This document shows positions 1 to 15,184 of a stretch of 64,000 nt of DNA, piece by piece. The translations under genes were made by a program, and so were the position numbers. The DNA is taken from NCBI RefSeq assembly GCF_009914755.1, contig NC_060934.1, one strand, 5' to 3'. Below the pieces are notes generated by a model. The model did not search any database and was not told where the DNA came from. It saw nothing but the letters and a program-made list of their open reading frames with translations. The number at the start of each line of letters is the position of its first letter. Position 1 is the first letter of the stretch. Source of the stretch: the human T2T-CHM13v2.0 reference genome, Homo sapiens.

Positions 1-1
1 G

Positions 2-1992
<1,991 letters not shown>

Positions 1993-2889
1993 GAAACCAC
2001 CTGTCTGCATTCTGATATTTTACCTGATAGGACAAATTTGCCTTAGGTAAACCTTTATAAACAGGCATGATCTTTTAGAAACTACTCAAACGTTTTAAAA
2101 GGAAGAGCAAGAGCAAGTGTCAGTTATGACACTTGAAGAGTCATAACTGGTTACCTTTGTTACAGTTTAAAAAAGGTAGCACTTTCTGTGTTTCACAGGG
2201 TGAATGCCTTCATCCATTGGAACCTGAACCATGAGTATTTCCTTCTGAGACTTTCATCAAACTAAGTCTGCATGAAGCCTGAGTCCTGTGGTAACTGGAA
2301 CCTCATAATAGCATTTACATTTGGTGTTAAAATGCACCCAACAGGAAAAAGGATTCAGTTATTTTCAAGCTTCCAAATTCCAAATGTGCTGAATAGACAT
2401 TTCCTTTAAAAAATAAATATACAAAATGGATTTGTGTGACTTGAAGTTTAAAAGAAATGTTCTTGCATGCCATAGTTAAGAATTGTAACAATATCACATT
2501 CTCAAGTTTACTTATTTTAAAAGTAGACTGTCATGGTTTGGCTCAGCTACTAAATTAAATTATTGCTGGCTTGAACATTCCTGTTGGTTACACTGTAATC
2601 TTTACCTCCCTTGGAAAATATGTCCGATTTTGAGTGTTTATTTCAGACTTGGCTTGAAACACCTCTGTTTAGCAGTGAAGTATGGATATATATGTGTGAT
2701 CTGTGTTACGTATGTAGAAAGGAAAGAAATAGAAAAAAGTTTTACATTGTGTGTTACAAATACACACTAACAGGAATACATATATACATACATATATGCA
2801 ACTAGAACCATGCTTATCAAGGATCAAGATAATATAACTATACTGAATTAATAGACATGCATACATACATACATGTGTATCCATTAACA

Positions 2890-3304
2890 TGTTATTACAG
2901 GTTGAATTGTGTCTCCCTTTCCCCCAAAATCAGATGTTGACATTTTCACCTCTGGGAGCTCATTTGGAGATAGGGCTTTTGCGGCGGTAATCAAGTTAAA
3001 GCAAGATCATTAGGTTGGGTTCTAATCTAATATGACTGGTATTCTTATTAACAAGGGGAACTTTGGATACAGAGATATGCATAGAAGGAAGACAGTGTGA
3101 AGAGACACAGAGAAAAGACAGCTATCTACAAGCCAATGAGAGAGACATGGAACTCATCTTTCTCTCATACCCCTCAAAAGGAACCAACCCTGTCAACACC
3201 TTGCTTTTGTATTTACTGCTTCCAGAAATTGAGACAATAAATTTATATTGTTTAAGCCACCTAGTTGGTGGTACTTCATTACAGCAGCACTAGCAACTAA
3301 TACA
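2890..3304 (+). mobile_element. MaLR solo LTR (MLT1B/C-like)
   Basis: ttgaattgtgtc start; gagacaataaattt...gtttaagccacc...agcagcactagcaactaataca end typical of MLT1. Confidence 0.85.
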
Positions 3305-3450
3305 AGGTATTTCTCTATTATGCTAAGAATTCAGGATATACTCATTTAGATAGGATACACGATTAGTCTTTACATGTTTTAACTTTTCATAGTATCTCCT
3401 AAGCACTCTAAGAAACTAGTTTCCCTAAAAATAAAGAAAAAAGGAAAAAA

Positions 3451-3517
3451 AGAAATTAGTTTCTCAAGTTTGCAAAATTAAGAAATTAGTTTCTCAGTTT
3501 TGCAAATTGAGAAATTA
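3451..3517. repeat. 30-bp tandem duplication (about 2.3 copies)
   Basis: agaaattagtttctcaagtttgcaaaatta / agaaattagtttctcagttttgcaaattg / agaaatta. Confidence 0.85.
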
Positions 3518-4354
3518 ACGTTGACTGTGATGATGAAGCAATTAGATTTGGAAAGTGGATCCTACTTTACATAAATAATAATCAGACTTTTTCTTTTATT
3601 CAGGAGTCTGTGAGTTTGTGTAATTTGTAGTGATAGTATCAGAGTTTACCAGAGGCCTAATGGATTGGAAAGTCAGAATCAGAACAAGCAAATCTACCCT
3701 CATCCAGCACCAGAATTAAAAGTTCTCAAAATTGCGCACATGGGAATTAAATTTCTCCACATTAGAAACAGATGCCTTCAAATAACTGATTTTTCCATTG
3801 CCCCAACGTGTAAGTGCCTTTTTATTGTGCTCATTTTGTCATCAGTAGAAGGACGCTTGAGTTCAGTACTTGGAAGAGTGGAAGGGTGCAGTATTCCTTG
3901 GGCCCTGTCCCTTTACGTTTCATGGTATGCCAGGGATGTCTGTGTTTACTACCTCCAACCAATGCAAGAACATACCTGAACAACCCAAACTCCTGACTGG
4001 GGCTAATTGGAGTTAGTGACAGAGAAGAACACTATTTTACAGTGTTGGGTATTTTTGTTGTTGCTCTGGAGGTTGGGAGGGATTAGTCTTTGTCAGGAGA
4101 TAGGATTTAGCAGAATATATCTATTTATATCTTGTTTTATCTATTACATCTCCATCCTATTGACTTCTTTCCTGAACCGGAATTAAGCAATGAATGCTGT
4201 TTGGGCATTTTTAGTGTGGCTGTTCATTATTACCTGGATAATTCAGAGTACTTCTAGGTCATGACATAAAAATGCTGTTATTTGTATTAGCTTACAGATA
4301 CTGTTGGTCTGTCTCCAATGTTGTTGTTTTTCAAATTCCAGGAGTAACAGGATG

Positions 4355-4660
4355 GAAGGTTGCAGAGCTCTAAGTAATAAGTAAAGTGGCCTGGGATACT
4401 GAACATAGGGAGTGGTGGAGATTGAGGCAAACTAGACAGATAGCTATGCCTTGTTTAAAGGGGCTGCCTGTGTTGTATTACATCTGGTTGTTGTCCTGTG
4501 AAAATGCAGGCCAGATGTGGCCAAATCTTCCTGTTTTTCAAACCAAGTGGTAGAAATTTGAATTTTTACAAGCAGTCTCCCAATTTTTATTGTGACAACT
4601 AGTTCAGATTACGAAAAATATTTATGGGCCAAGTAAAATACCACCTGTTTTCAGCCTCTA
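4355..4660 (+). mobile_element. Old hAT-Charlie MITE (Charlie18a-like)
   Basis: gggagtggtggagattgaggcaaactag...aaaggggctgcc...ggccaaatcttcctgttttttcaa...tctcccaattttta resembles the recalled consensus. Confidence 0.55.
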
Positions 4661-7019
4661 GTGTAGGATATATGAAGCCAGCTTGTTCTTCAGGTAGCAG
4701 GTGGTGCTTACAGGTCATCTCTACTGAGGCATCGTTGGTGAAGTCCTCTAAGACTCAGCTCTGGGATCCTCTGTAGTGAATGGCTCTCATAGTTGCAGGA
4801 AAAACCCAGGTCCAAATGACACCCACAGTTGACCACAGTTTTACCTAATTAAGTAAAAAACTTTTTTTAAAAAAATAATTTATTTTGTTATCCTGTTACC
4901 AGTACTTTCAAATACTTAAGAAAAAAATAAATATTAAAGTATCAGTTTTGCAATCCAGAGGATATTTGTACTTTTTCAAAAAAATTTAAAAATTAGAAAA
5001 AAGATAACATATTGGCCTCCTGCCTTTTAAATATTTAAGGGATGAATCAGACTTTCAGATGTGCTTAAATTGGTACCTAGAGACCTAATGGAGGTTTCTT
5101 ATTTTCTTCACTGGTAAGATTTTGTCATTCATTCCAGTAGATACTTTTAAGCAACCTTTTTATTTTAGAGCAGCTTTAGAGATAAAGTTATGAATATAGT
5201 ACAGCGAGTCCCCCTATACGCCAAACCCAGTTTCCCCTTATTATTACCATCTTATATTAATTAATGAGCCAGTAATGATGCATTGTTATGAACTACAGTC
5301 CATACTTTATTCAGATTTCCTTAGTGTTTACCTGCTGTTCTTTTTCTATTCTGGGACTCTATCCAGAATATCACATTGCATTCATTGTCATGTCTCCCTT
5401 GGCTCCTCTTGGCTGTGACAGTTTCTCAGACTCCTCTTGCTTTTGATGATTTTGACAGTTTTGAGAAGTATTCCATAAAACATCCCTTAGTTGGGATCTG
5501 TCTGATGTTTTTTTCTCATGATTATGTATTTTTGGGGAGGAAGTCTAAAGAGGTAAAGTACCATTCTCCTCATATTAAGGGTGTACACTATTGTGTCAGC
5601 ATCATGTTTTACTGTTGATGTGAATCTTGATCACCTGGCTGAGGTGGTAGTCATCAGGTTCCTCCATTGTAATGGTATTGAAGGCACTGCGTGCAGCCCA
5701 TGTGTGAGTAGGAGTCATGCTGCACTTCTGTGAGAGGAGAGTATCTACATCAACTATTCGGAATTCTTCTGCATAAGAGATTGGTCTCTTCTCTGTGTAT
5801 ACATGCATGCATGTATGTATGTCAGTATGGATATTTATTTATTTTATACTTTGGATTATAATCTAATACTTGTTTATTTCATTGATCAGACTGTTGTAGC
5901 TTTGGCCATGGAAGCTCTTTCAGTTGGCTACTGTGTCCCTTTGATATACCCCCACTGTTGCATTGTTGTTGTTTTTGAGTACTTTCTTAATTTCTGGCAC
6001 TACAAGATGCTCATGCACATCTTGTATATTCCCTGCTCCAGTGCTAGAATCAATGATTTTTTCCAAGGAGCCCTGGTTTCTTTTATTGGAGACTGTTACT
6101 AGAAACCAAGATCTGCTATGCTCATTGCTACTGGGATGTGTTGCTTCTAGGCTCTTTCAGCTGACAGAGCAAGGAAATATGTTGTGTATAATAATCTGTG
6201 TATGTTCACATATTTATAAATATTTGTATTTGTGTCTGTCTATATTAAGCCAAATATGTGTTTATACTGATGACTTCAACTCTTAATCTGTTACCACATG
6301 GCTCATTGGAGTTTTCTCTCATTGCTTCTCTGTAAACTGTCATTCAAACACTGAGAGATCTGGCTCCCAAGAGCCACGATCCATTTGCATTGTTCAACTC
6401 CAGTATACAGTATAATAGTGATTTTAGAATTCCTAACTAAATACCCTGTGAGAAACAGTTTTATCCACAGAGCTTATGCACAGTGCCTTTTGCCTTTAGT
6501 CTTACCTACTCCACTTATTTGTAAGGATGCTCAGGTCAGCATCTTTCCCATTCCGTCACTGAGTGTATTTTATACATTTGCTAGATTCTTTCACCACAGC
6601 CTGCATTCCATCTTGGATTCTCCAACCTCCCAAATGATTTTTTACAATTTGCATACATTAAGGTTAGCTCTGTATTTTGTGGGTTTTGAAATTTACAATG
6701 TCATGTATCCCCCATTAGAATATCAAAGAGAATACTTTCATATCCTAAAAATCCAATGTGCTATATTTATTCAACCCTCACCCCTTCCGAAACCCCTGGC
6801 AATGATTGACCTATTTACTGTCACTGTAGTTTTGCCTTTTTCAGAATGTCACACAAATGTCATATAGTACATAATCTTTTCCTTGGCTCAACATCATATT
6901 TATGTATATGCATATAAGAGTTATCTATGTTGTTGTGTCTTTGGGGAGGGGAGGGGACAGGGTCGTGCTCTGTCACATAGGCCCTTGTTTTTGTTTTAGT
7001 TTACTTTGGGGTGTGTGTG

Positions 7020-7286
7020 TGTCAGGGTTTCCCTCTGTCACCCAGGCTGGAGTGCAGTGGTGCGATCATGGCTCACTGCAGCCTCAACTTCCTGGGCTCA
7101 GGTGATTTTTCCACCTCAGCCTCCTGAGTAGCTGGGACCACACACCTGGCCAACGTTTATATTTTTTGTGGAGACAGGGTTTTGCCATGTTGCTCAGGCT
7201 GGTCTCAAACTCCTAGACTCAAGCAATCTGCCCATCTTGGCCTCCCAAAGTGCTGGGACTACAGGCATGAGCCACCTCCCTCAGCC
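7020..7286 (-). mobile_element. Alu SINE (AluJ-like)
   Basis: cgatcatggctcactgcagcctcaacttcctgggctcagg is J-diagnostic; short extra Alu-end piece at ~6955-6985. Confidence 0.9.
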
Positions 7287-7799
7287 AGTTTTTTTTTTTC
7301 TCCTATGAATAGTATTCTATTATATGGATGACAACAGTTCGTTTATACACTCACCTGTTGAGATTGTTTCCAGCTCTTGACCAGTATAAATAAGACTTCT
7401 ATAAACATTCTCATGCAGGTGTTTATGTTGACATAAAATTTCAAAGGAGCACAATTGCTATATTATATGATAGAGACTGTGTTTAGCTTTTTAAGACACT
7501 GCCAAACTATATTCCAAAATTTGGAATGGTATACAGCTTTTGCATTCACTCCAACAATGAATTGAGAGCTCCTGTTTCTCTGCATCCTAGTCAACGTTTG
7601 GTATTGTCAGTTTTTAAAATTTTCGCCATTTTAATAGATGTCTAGTAGTATCTCATCATTTTAATTTGTATTTCCCTAATGAGATAATGATGTTGAGCAT
7701 CTTTTCGTATGCTTATTTGTCATCTATGTATCTTCTTTGGTGAGGAGTCTGTTCAGATTTTTTTTTTTTGGCCCTTTTTTTTGTTGTTGTTATTGTTGA

Positions 7800-8130
<331 letters not shown>

Positions 8131-8157
8131 AGTTTCAAGAATTCTTTGTATATTTTA

Positions 8158-8461
8158 ATTATTTATTTAGTTTGGAGACAGGGTCTTGCTCTATCACCTT
8201 GACTGGGGTGCAGTAGCATGATCATGGCTCAAAGCAGCCTCAAAATCCTGGGCTCAAGTAATCCTCCACCTCAGCCTTCTGAGTAGCTGGGACTACAGGC
8301 AGTGCCACCATACTCTACTAATATTTTATTTTCAAATATTTTTGTAGAGACGGGGTTTTGCTATGTTGACCAGGCTGGTCTCAAACTTCTGACCTCAAGC
8401 AGTCCTCCCACCTCAGTCTCCTAAAGTGCTAGGGCTACAGGCATGAGTCTCCCTGCCCCGC
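8158..8461 (-). mobile_element. Alu SINE (AluJ-like)
   Basis: Full reverse Alu; TSD tgtatatttta at 8147-8157 and 8462-8472. Confidence 0.93.
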
Positions 8462-9214
8462 TGTATATTTTATATACAACTTCTTTATCAGACATGTTTT
8501 CTAAATATTTTCTCCGAATCTTTGGTTTGTCATTTCATTCTCTTAATAGTGTCTTTCACAGAGTAGAGTTTGAATTTTATTAAGTCCAATTTATCTATCT
8601 TCTTTCATAAATAATGTTTTTTTGTATTGTATCTAAAAACTCATCACTAAACCCAAGGTCATGTAGATTTTCTCCTATGTGTTCATCTAGAAATTTTACT
8701 GTTTTGCATTTTATGTCTAGGTTTATGATTCATTTTGCATTGTTTGTAAAATATAAGGTCCAAGTCCAGGTTCATTTAATTTTTTTCTTGGTGTATGAAT
8801 ATACAATTATTCTAGCATCATTTGTTGAAAAGACTATGCTTTTTTCATTGAATCGCCTTTCTGTGTTTTTCATAAATCAGTTGACTACATTGTATGGGTT
8901 GATTTCTGGGGTCTGTGTCTTGTTCCATTGACCAATGCATCTATTCTTTCTGCCAATTCTACAGTTTGGATGGAGTTTGATTTTAATTGGTATTAATTTT
9001 TATTTGGGGTTTGAGAAAGAGGTTCTCATTCAATTTTATGACAGTGCTTGTGTGTTTGGGTGTTTTTAAGATATTAGACATTTTATCTCCTTCATCTTGT
9101 CATCAGCTTTTAACATTCCACATCCTGTTTGTTTTTAAGTGACATTGAGAATGCACGTCTCTGATCTTCCTTCACATCTCAGTACTAGTAAATACAACCT
9201 CTTTCTGACATATG

Positions 9215-9380
9215 ATATACTTGTTTCCTTTTTATCTGTTCCCCTGATCCTTCACTATTTCATAAAAGTTCATAAAAGCAGGGCTTTTAAAATTTGTTGT
9301 TCACTGCTGTATCCCCTTTACCTAGGACTTGCCTGGCATCTGGTAAGATCTCAATGAAGTAATGTGAACTAGATTAATGA
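9215..9380 (+). mobile_element. L2 LINE 3' end fragment
   Basis: gcagggc...tgttcactgctgtatcccc...cctagga...tgcctggcat...ctcaat matches the L2 3' terminus. Confidence 0.7.
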
Positions 9381-9480
9381 AATATGAGGTCTCACATTTA
9401 TAACATCTTTGAACAAGAGGTTATTATACAAAGGTGAATTTGCTAAATGGCTGAACTTTATACCTTTAAGCTGCAAAACT

Positions 9481-9905
9481 TTTATTATTTATTTACTTTT
9501 AAATTGACATAAAAATTTAATATGTTCATGGTATATACAACATGATGTTTTGATATATGTACATATTGTGGAATAGCTCAAATGAGCTAATTAACATATC
9601 CATTACCTTACATACTTAATTTTTGTGTGTGTGGTGAACACATTTAAAATCTGTTTTCTTCTCAGTAGTTTTCAAGTATACAGTACATTGTTATTAACTG
9701 TAGTCACAATGTGTACAGATCTCTTGAACTTACTTTTCTTGTCTGTGTGAAATTTTGTATCCTTTGACCAACATCTTCCTAATTCCACACCTCTCCTTCC
9801 CACCCAGCCCCTGGTAACCATCATTCTACTATTTGTTTCTGTGAGTTTGACTTTTTTAGATTTCGCATATAAGTGAGATCATACATAATTTCTCTTTCTC
9901 TGACC
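9481..9905 (-). mobile_element. L1MA-type LINE-1 3' end
   Basis: aacatgatgttttgatatatgtaca...ttaactgtagtcac...gcccctggtaaccatcattctact...ataagtgagatcat. Confidence 0.85.
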
Positions 9906-9918
9906 TTAGGACTTTTAT

Positions 9919-10388
9919 GACTTCTGACCTCTAAAACTGTAAGACAATAAATTTGTGCTGTTTTAAGTTGCTAAGTTTGTATTATTTTGTTACAGCAGCA
10001 TTAGGAAAGTAATACAGATGTTTAGTGCAAGGAACACCATGCAAGTTAATTTTAGAAATTAGTCTTCTGAAATGTTTATAAAATATATAAAGACAAGTTT
10101 TTTTTGGGGGGGGGATAGACTCTCCCTTCTTTTTTTAGCTTTTTCTTTAATGAACATCAAGCAGATTTTAATGCTCATTTTGTGTGCTAACACTTCTTTG
10201 TCATTTTCAAGGGTAGCTTTTTGGAACTTTGTCAATAGAGTACAAAAATGTAAAAAAAACCAGTCTACTGGGTCTGGATGGGAAAGAGTTCACTCTTCAT
10301 GTGTTAAGAGTCTTAACTTCTTGGTTACCTACAGTGTTTGAGGGGAATGGTGACTTATAGAACTAAAAACATTGAATAACTTATGTTT
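9919..10388 (+). repeat. Derived copy of a 470-bp local direct duplication (donor 11665-12134)
   Basis: Near-identical to 11665-12134 at offset 1746; about 5 differences counted by eye. Confidence 0.97.
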
Positions 10389-10426
10389 TACTATACAGAT
10401 TTATAGTTGCACAAATCTGTAGTTGA

Positions 10427-10755
<329 letters not shown>

Positions 10756-10834
10756 TTATTCTTATTTCTTAAACACACCGTAGTGAACTTTTTTGTTTGT
10801 GCTATGTCATATAGTATTTTGACCAGAAATAAGG

Positions 10835-10970
10835 AAATTGAGTTAAAGTCCTGTTTCTGAAACTATCTAGCCAAGTGATCTTAGGAAAGTTATAATTTCT
10901 CTAGGTCTCAGTTGAACACTAGATTGGTGGTGAGATATCTTCAGATCTCAACAGTCTCTAAAATTCTGAT
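10835..10970 (+). mobile_element. MIR SINE fragment
   Basis: tagccaagtgatcttaggaaagttataatttctctaggtctcagtt resembles the MIR core. Confidence 0.55.
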
Positions 10971-11270
10971 TGATATTGACTGTATTCCTTGTGACGTTTT
11001 TTAAACAGGGCTTTCCTCACAATGATATTAAAGTATGTAGAACATTCCACGTAGGCATGGGCTTTCAGACAGATATATAATATTTTAGTTATGATTTTAA
11101 AGAAATTTTTATTCATCTGCCTTTGTTGCTAAGTGTTCCTGTGTTTATATATTTTTTCCTACTGAATTGTAGTTTTGTTCTTTTGTCTTTCCCTTTAAAT
11201 TGACCCCCATAGGGCTTGTTCATCCCTATAATCTGTTAATAGACTCTCTCAATAAATGTATGACAGATGT

Positions 11271-11762
11271 AGTGGTGGAGAGAAGACAGACCTCCCAAAG
11301 ATGTCCATATTCAAATCCCTGGAACTTGTGACTGTGTTACCATGGCAAGGGGAATTAGGTTGCAGATGGCTTTAAGGTTACCAATCAGCTGTCCTTAAAG
11401 AGGTTAGCCTGGGTTATCCAGGTGGGCCTAATGCAATCACATTGGCAGTAAGTGAAAGAGGGAGGCAAAGGAGTTAGAGTCAGAGGAATTCAATGTGAGA
11501 GCAACTTGATTGGAATTGTTGGACTTCAAGATGGAAGGAAGCTGCAAGGAATGTCGGCAGCCTCTAGAAGCTCCAAAAGTCAAGGAGACAGATTATCCTC
11601 TAGAGTTTCCAGTAGGATTGCAGTCCATCAACACCTGGATTTTAACCCAGTGAAATCCATTTTGGACTTCTGACCTCTGAAACTGTAAGACAATAAATTT
11701 GTGCTGTTTTAAGTTGCTAAGTTTGTATTATTTTGTTACAGCAGCATTAGGAAAGTAATACA
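11271..11762 (+). mobile_element. MaLR solo LTR (MLT1D-like), complete
   Basis: cccaaagatgtcca...aatccctggaac...ggacttctgacctc...ttgttacagcagca...aataca; 5-bp TSD gatgt at 11266-11270 and 11763-11767. Confidence 0.9.
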
Positions 11763-12134
11763 GATGTTTAGTGCAAGGAACACCATGCAAGTTAATTTTA
11801 GAAATTAGTCTTCTGAAATGTTTATAAAATATATAAAGACAAGTTTTTTTTTCGGGGGGGCTAGACTCCCCCTTCTTTTTTTAGCTTTTTCTTTAATGAA
11901 CATCAAGCAGATTTTAATGCTCATTTTGTGTGCTAACACTTCTTTGTCATTTTCAAGGGTAGCTTTTTGGAACTTTGTCAATAGAGTACAAAAATGTAAA
12001 AAAAACCAGTCTACTGGGTCTGGATGGGAAAGAGTTCACTCTTCATGTGTTAAGAGTCTTAACTTCTTGGTTACCTACAGTGTTTGAGGGGAATGGTGAC
12101 TTATAGAACTAAAAACATTGAATAACTTATGTTT
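11665..12134 (+). repeat. Donor copy of the 470-bp duplication
   Basis: Continuous with the intact MLT1D LTR upstream, unlike the copy at 9919. Confidence 0.95.
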
Positions 12135-12359
12135 CAATTTATACTATTTGGATTCTGTAGAAGAAGAATTTTATTTAAAATAATGTTTTTGTTATGTTTA
12201 TTTTAAATGATATTGAAAATGAATTACATTTTCTCAAGGTCATTTAAAATGAACTGATTCTTTATTGGGTGATAGGTGGAAGGCAGGAATTGATTGAATT
12301 CATACCTGTTAATCCCATATTAAATTCTTAAGGAGTTAGGAAGATCTGTGGTGGTTGTA

Positions 12360-12495
12360 CTAATTCTACAGTTAAGGAAAGCTGAGAGTCAGAGAGGACA
12401 ATTTAAGTGATGAGCTCTATTAGCTTATCTGTTTTATTGTCGAACCCTGAGCAGAACTTAGTCTCTGAACTTTAAATCCGGTCTTCTTTTCCTGT
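12360..12495 (-). mobile_element. MIR SINE fragment
   Basis: attctacagttaaggaaagctgagagtcagagagg is the reverse MIR core. Confidence 0.55.
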
Positions 12496-13379
12496 CTTGT
12501 AAGACAAAAATGGGAGAATTTCAGGCTTTTAAAATTGAACTTTAGTCAATGCTGTAGTTATGTAATTTTTATAAAGAGCCTACAATATATAGATTCTCTT
12601 ATTAAACATGTTAGCCATTATAAACGCCTTAGGCAAACAGGCATTCTTATTTTATGGTTCAGTTTCTGAAGTTCCTACTCTTTTTTGTTGTTCTTCCTGT
12701 GATGTAAGTCAGGAGCAGTGGTTTTGGAAGAAAGTATAAAGAAGGTGCAAACATCAGAAAAAAAATGCTTGTGTGTTTACTAGAACAGCATTTGTATAAT
12801 AAGAATTACTTTGTGTTTTTGATCCATGAAATATACACATTCATTATGGCTAAAAGGAAGGACCTAATTTAAACAATGTGATATCAATGTTGGTTTAATA
12901 TCCTGATTTTTAAAGTCTTATATGACTTACATTTGATTTTTTTTTTTTTGCCTCTCTAGCCTTGTTAGAATTACATTTAATTTTGGTATAATAAATTCTG
13001 TTATATATACCTCCTTTTCTATTTTATATATTAATATTTTACTATTTTATTTTCTTGTAAGCTTAATTCTGTTTGTTTCTCTTTTGGCTCTGTGACTGAT
13101 CAAGAACATATTAAATGTATAAAGTCTGAGCTTGTTATTTTAAATTTGTAATGTCCAGGTTTTGTTATAAATACCTTAGTGTCTTTCTTTAAAAAGAAAA
13201 AGAACAAGTAATAAGTAACTCACATAGTGGGGAGAGTAAAACCATTTTAGCTGAAATGGTTTAGATCTAGGATAATTATTTGGGGGAAAATACATTTTCG
13301 AGATTTTTTCATATTTTTGCTTGAATTACCTTTACTTTCAGTGCAAACTTCTGAAATTTGATGTAATGTACTCTTTATT

Positions 13380-13500
13380 CCTGTTGTAACAACCTCATAG
13401 ATGTCAGGTTTTTATTTTACAGCTGAAGAGAATAGAGGCTGTTGGACATTTTTTTTTTTTTTTTTTTTTAGGTGGCTGACCCTAGGACGTAAGCAGCAAT
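13380..13500 (-). mobile_element. MIR SINE fragment containing a poly-T run
   Basis: aacaacctcatag...attttacagctgaagagaatagaggct...gtggctgaccctagga...gtaagcagca follows the reverse MIR consensus. Confidence 0.5.
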
Positions 13501-15048
13501 ACTAAATGTTGCAACTTGTGGTCCTATGTATTGTAACCTGTTGGAAGTAGAGTAATTAGTAGTACTGGTGGAAATCTTAAAAACATCAATATAAATAGGC
13601 AAAATTTCTTTTCTGATTATCAAGATCAAAAAAGGGAAGCTAAGGTCTAGGTGATGAGGTTCTCTATGTGAAGTCAGTTAATTTTCAATGAGCAGATCAG
13701 CGTTCTTATCTCTTCTCACAATAATGATTAGCAGTTCTTTGCAAAGGAAGTTTCAGTGAGTGCTTGAAAAATATGGGTCACTGAGGTCTGTCATGCGAAA
13801 CTAAGTGTTGGCCTGGCATCTCTGGAACTCAAATGATGGCCAAGCAGGCTTGACTTCAGTGAAACAGGGTTTTAATGATTAAATGGAAATGGATGAAGTT
13901 GGTGAACAAATATAGTGACTTCAAAGCCTTTAACTTGGATTACTGGAGAATCAAGTGAAATATTTCACCACTGTGTTATCACTAAAGAGAATCAGTTCTG
14001 TGTGTGGTATTGGTTCTTTAAACATTATGTTCTACACTAAGGACCCGAACTGTCATTCCCAGTTAGATAGTGTTTGAATGGGAAGTAATGTTGAATTGTT
14101 TATTCTTAAAATTTTTTTTTATTTCCTTAATTATGGTTATTTAGATAATCCATCAATTATAGAATGAGAAGCCTATTTGTAAGATTGTGGAATTTCTAGT
14201 TTTCGAGTGTTGGGGGATAGTTAATATTATGACAAATTATTAACTTAGGGTGATTGCGAAAGTTATACCTCCTAGGTTGAGTTTAAAATGCTAGTCTCTT
14301 ACTGTTGAATGTGAAACCTTGAATATGTCTAATTTTTATTGGCATGGATGTATGCATACAAATAGAGAAAGGTAAATTCTACTCATTTGCAGCTTCTCAG
14401 ATATTCTGAAATTGCATTACTAGCTCTAAAATAAACATAATAGGTCAATTTGGTCTTGCATCGAAGCATTTTATGTAAGGAAAATGTATATTAAAAGTTA
14501 TTGAATTTCTTGATGGGCCATAAATCCCCTTAGCATCAAAGTTTGCAGCTTGGTTAAGAGTATGAAGGAGAAAAGAAACTTGACCGAGAAATGTTACTTA
14601 GAAAATATTTGTATGGAGTTAAATTACCATAATTTCAATTCCTCTTATGCCAGATTTTGCCCTTAAAAGTGAAAAGCAATTTGATTGATAGAGCAGTTGA
14701 TGCAGGCAGGCAGAAACCTTTTTTTTTAAAAATCACTCTTCAGATTGCTCATGAGTTTGTTTTTTTCTTAACATCACTTACAATATTATCATTATGTAAA
14801 TATTTGCTGTGGAATCAAGTAGTATACTTGGAGTGATTAAGAAGAAAACAATCTTAAATTACTAAGTATGCAGTTCAAAAGGTAATGGCCTAGGCATCAA
14901 AGTCCGAAAGAGTGTCAGTTTTGTCCTTTTGTCTGTTTCTTCTCAGTCATATGAGGCTTCCATTTAAAAAGAATTCTCATATGTTTTTCTTGCATTACTA
15001 TTTTTTATTCTAGTGTAACATCTTTTTAAGTGGTTTCTTCATATGAGG

Positions 15049-15184
15049 TGTGTGGTTAGTAGAATTATGGCCCCTAAAGGATGTCTACATTCTCATTCCA
15101 GGAATTCATGAATGTTACCTCGCGTTGTAAAAGGGACTTTGCAGATGTGATTAAGGATCTTGAGATGCAGGATTGTCCTTGATA
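15049..15184 (+). mobile_element. MLT1D-like LTR, 5' fragment only
   Basis: tgtggttagtagaattatggcccc...aaaagggactttgcagatgtgattaaggatcttgagatg. Confidence 0.8.

Noticed and set aside
3590-3816. Possible exon 3604-3810 (ttttcttttattcag acceptor, gtaagt donor)
   Set aside because: Stops occur in all three frames near the start; without transcript data it cannot be supported even as a non-coding exon
12557-14799. Several TTATGTAA D-box matches
   Set aside because: Expected by chance in such AT-rich sequence
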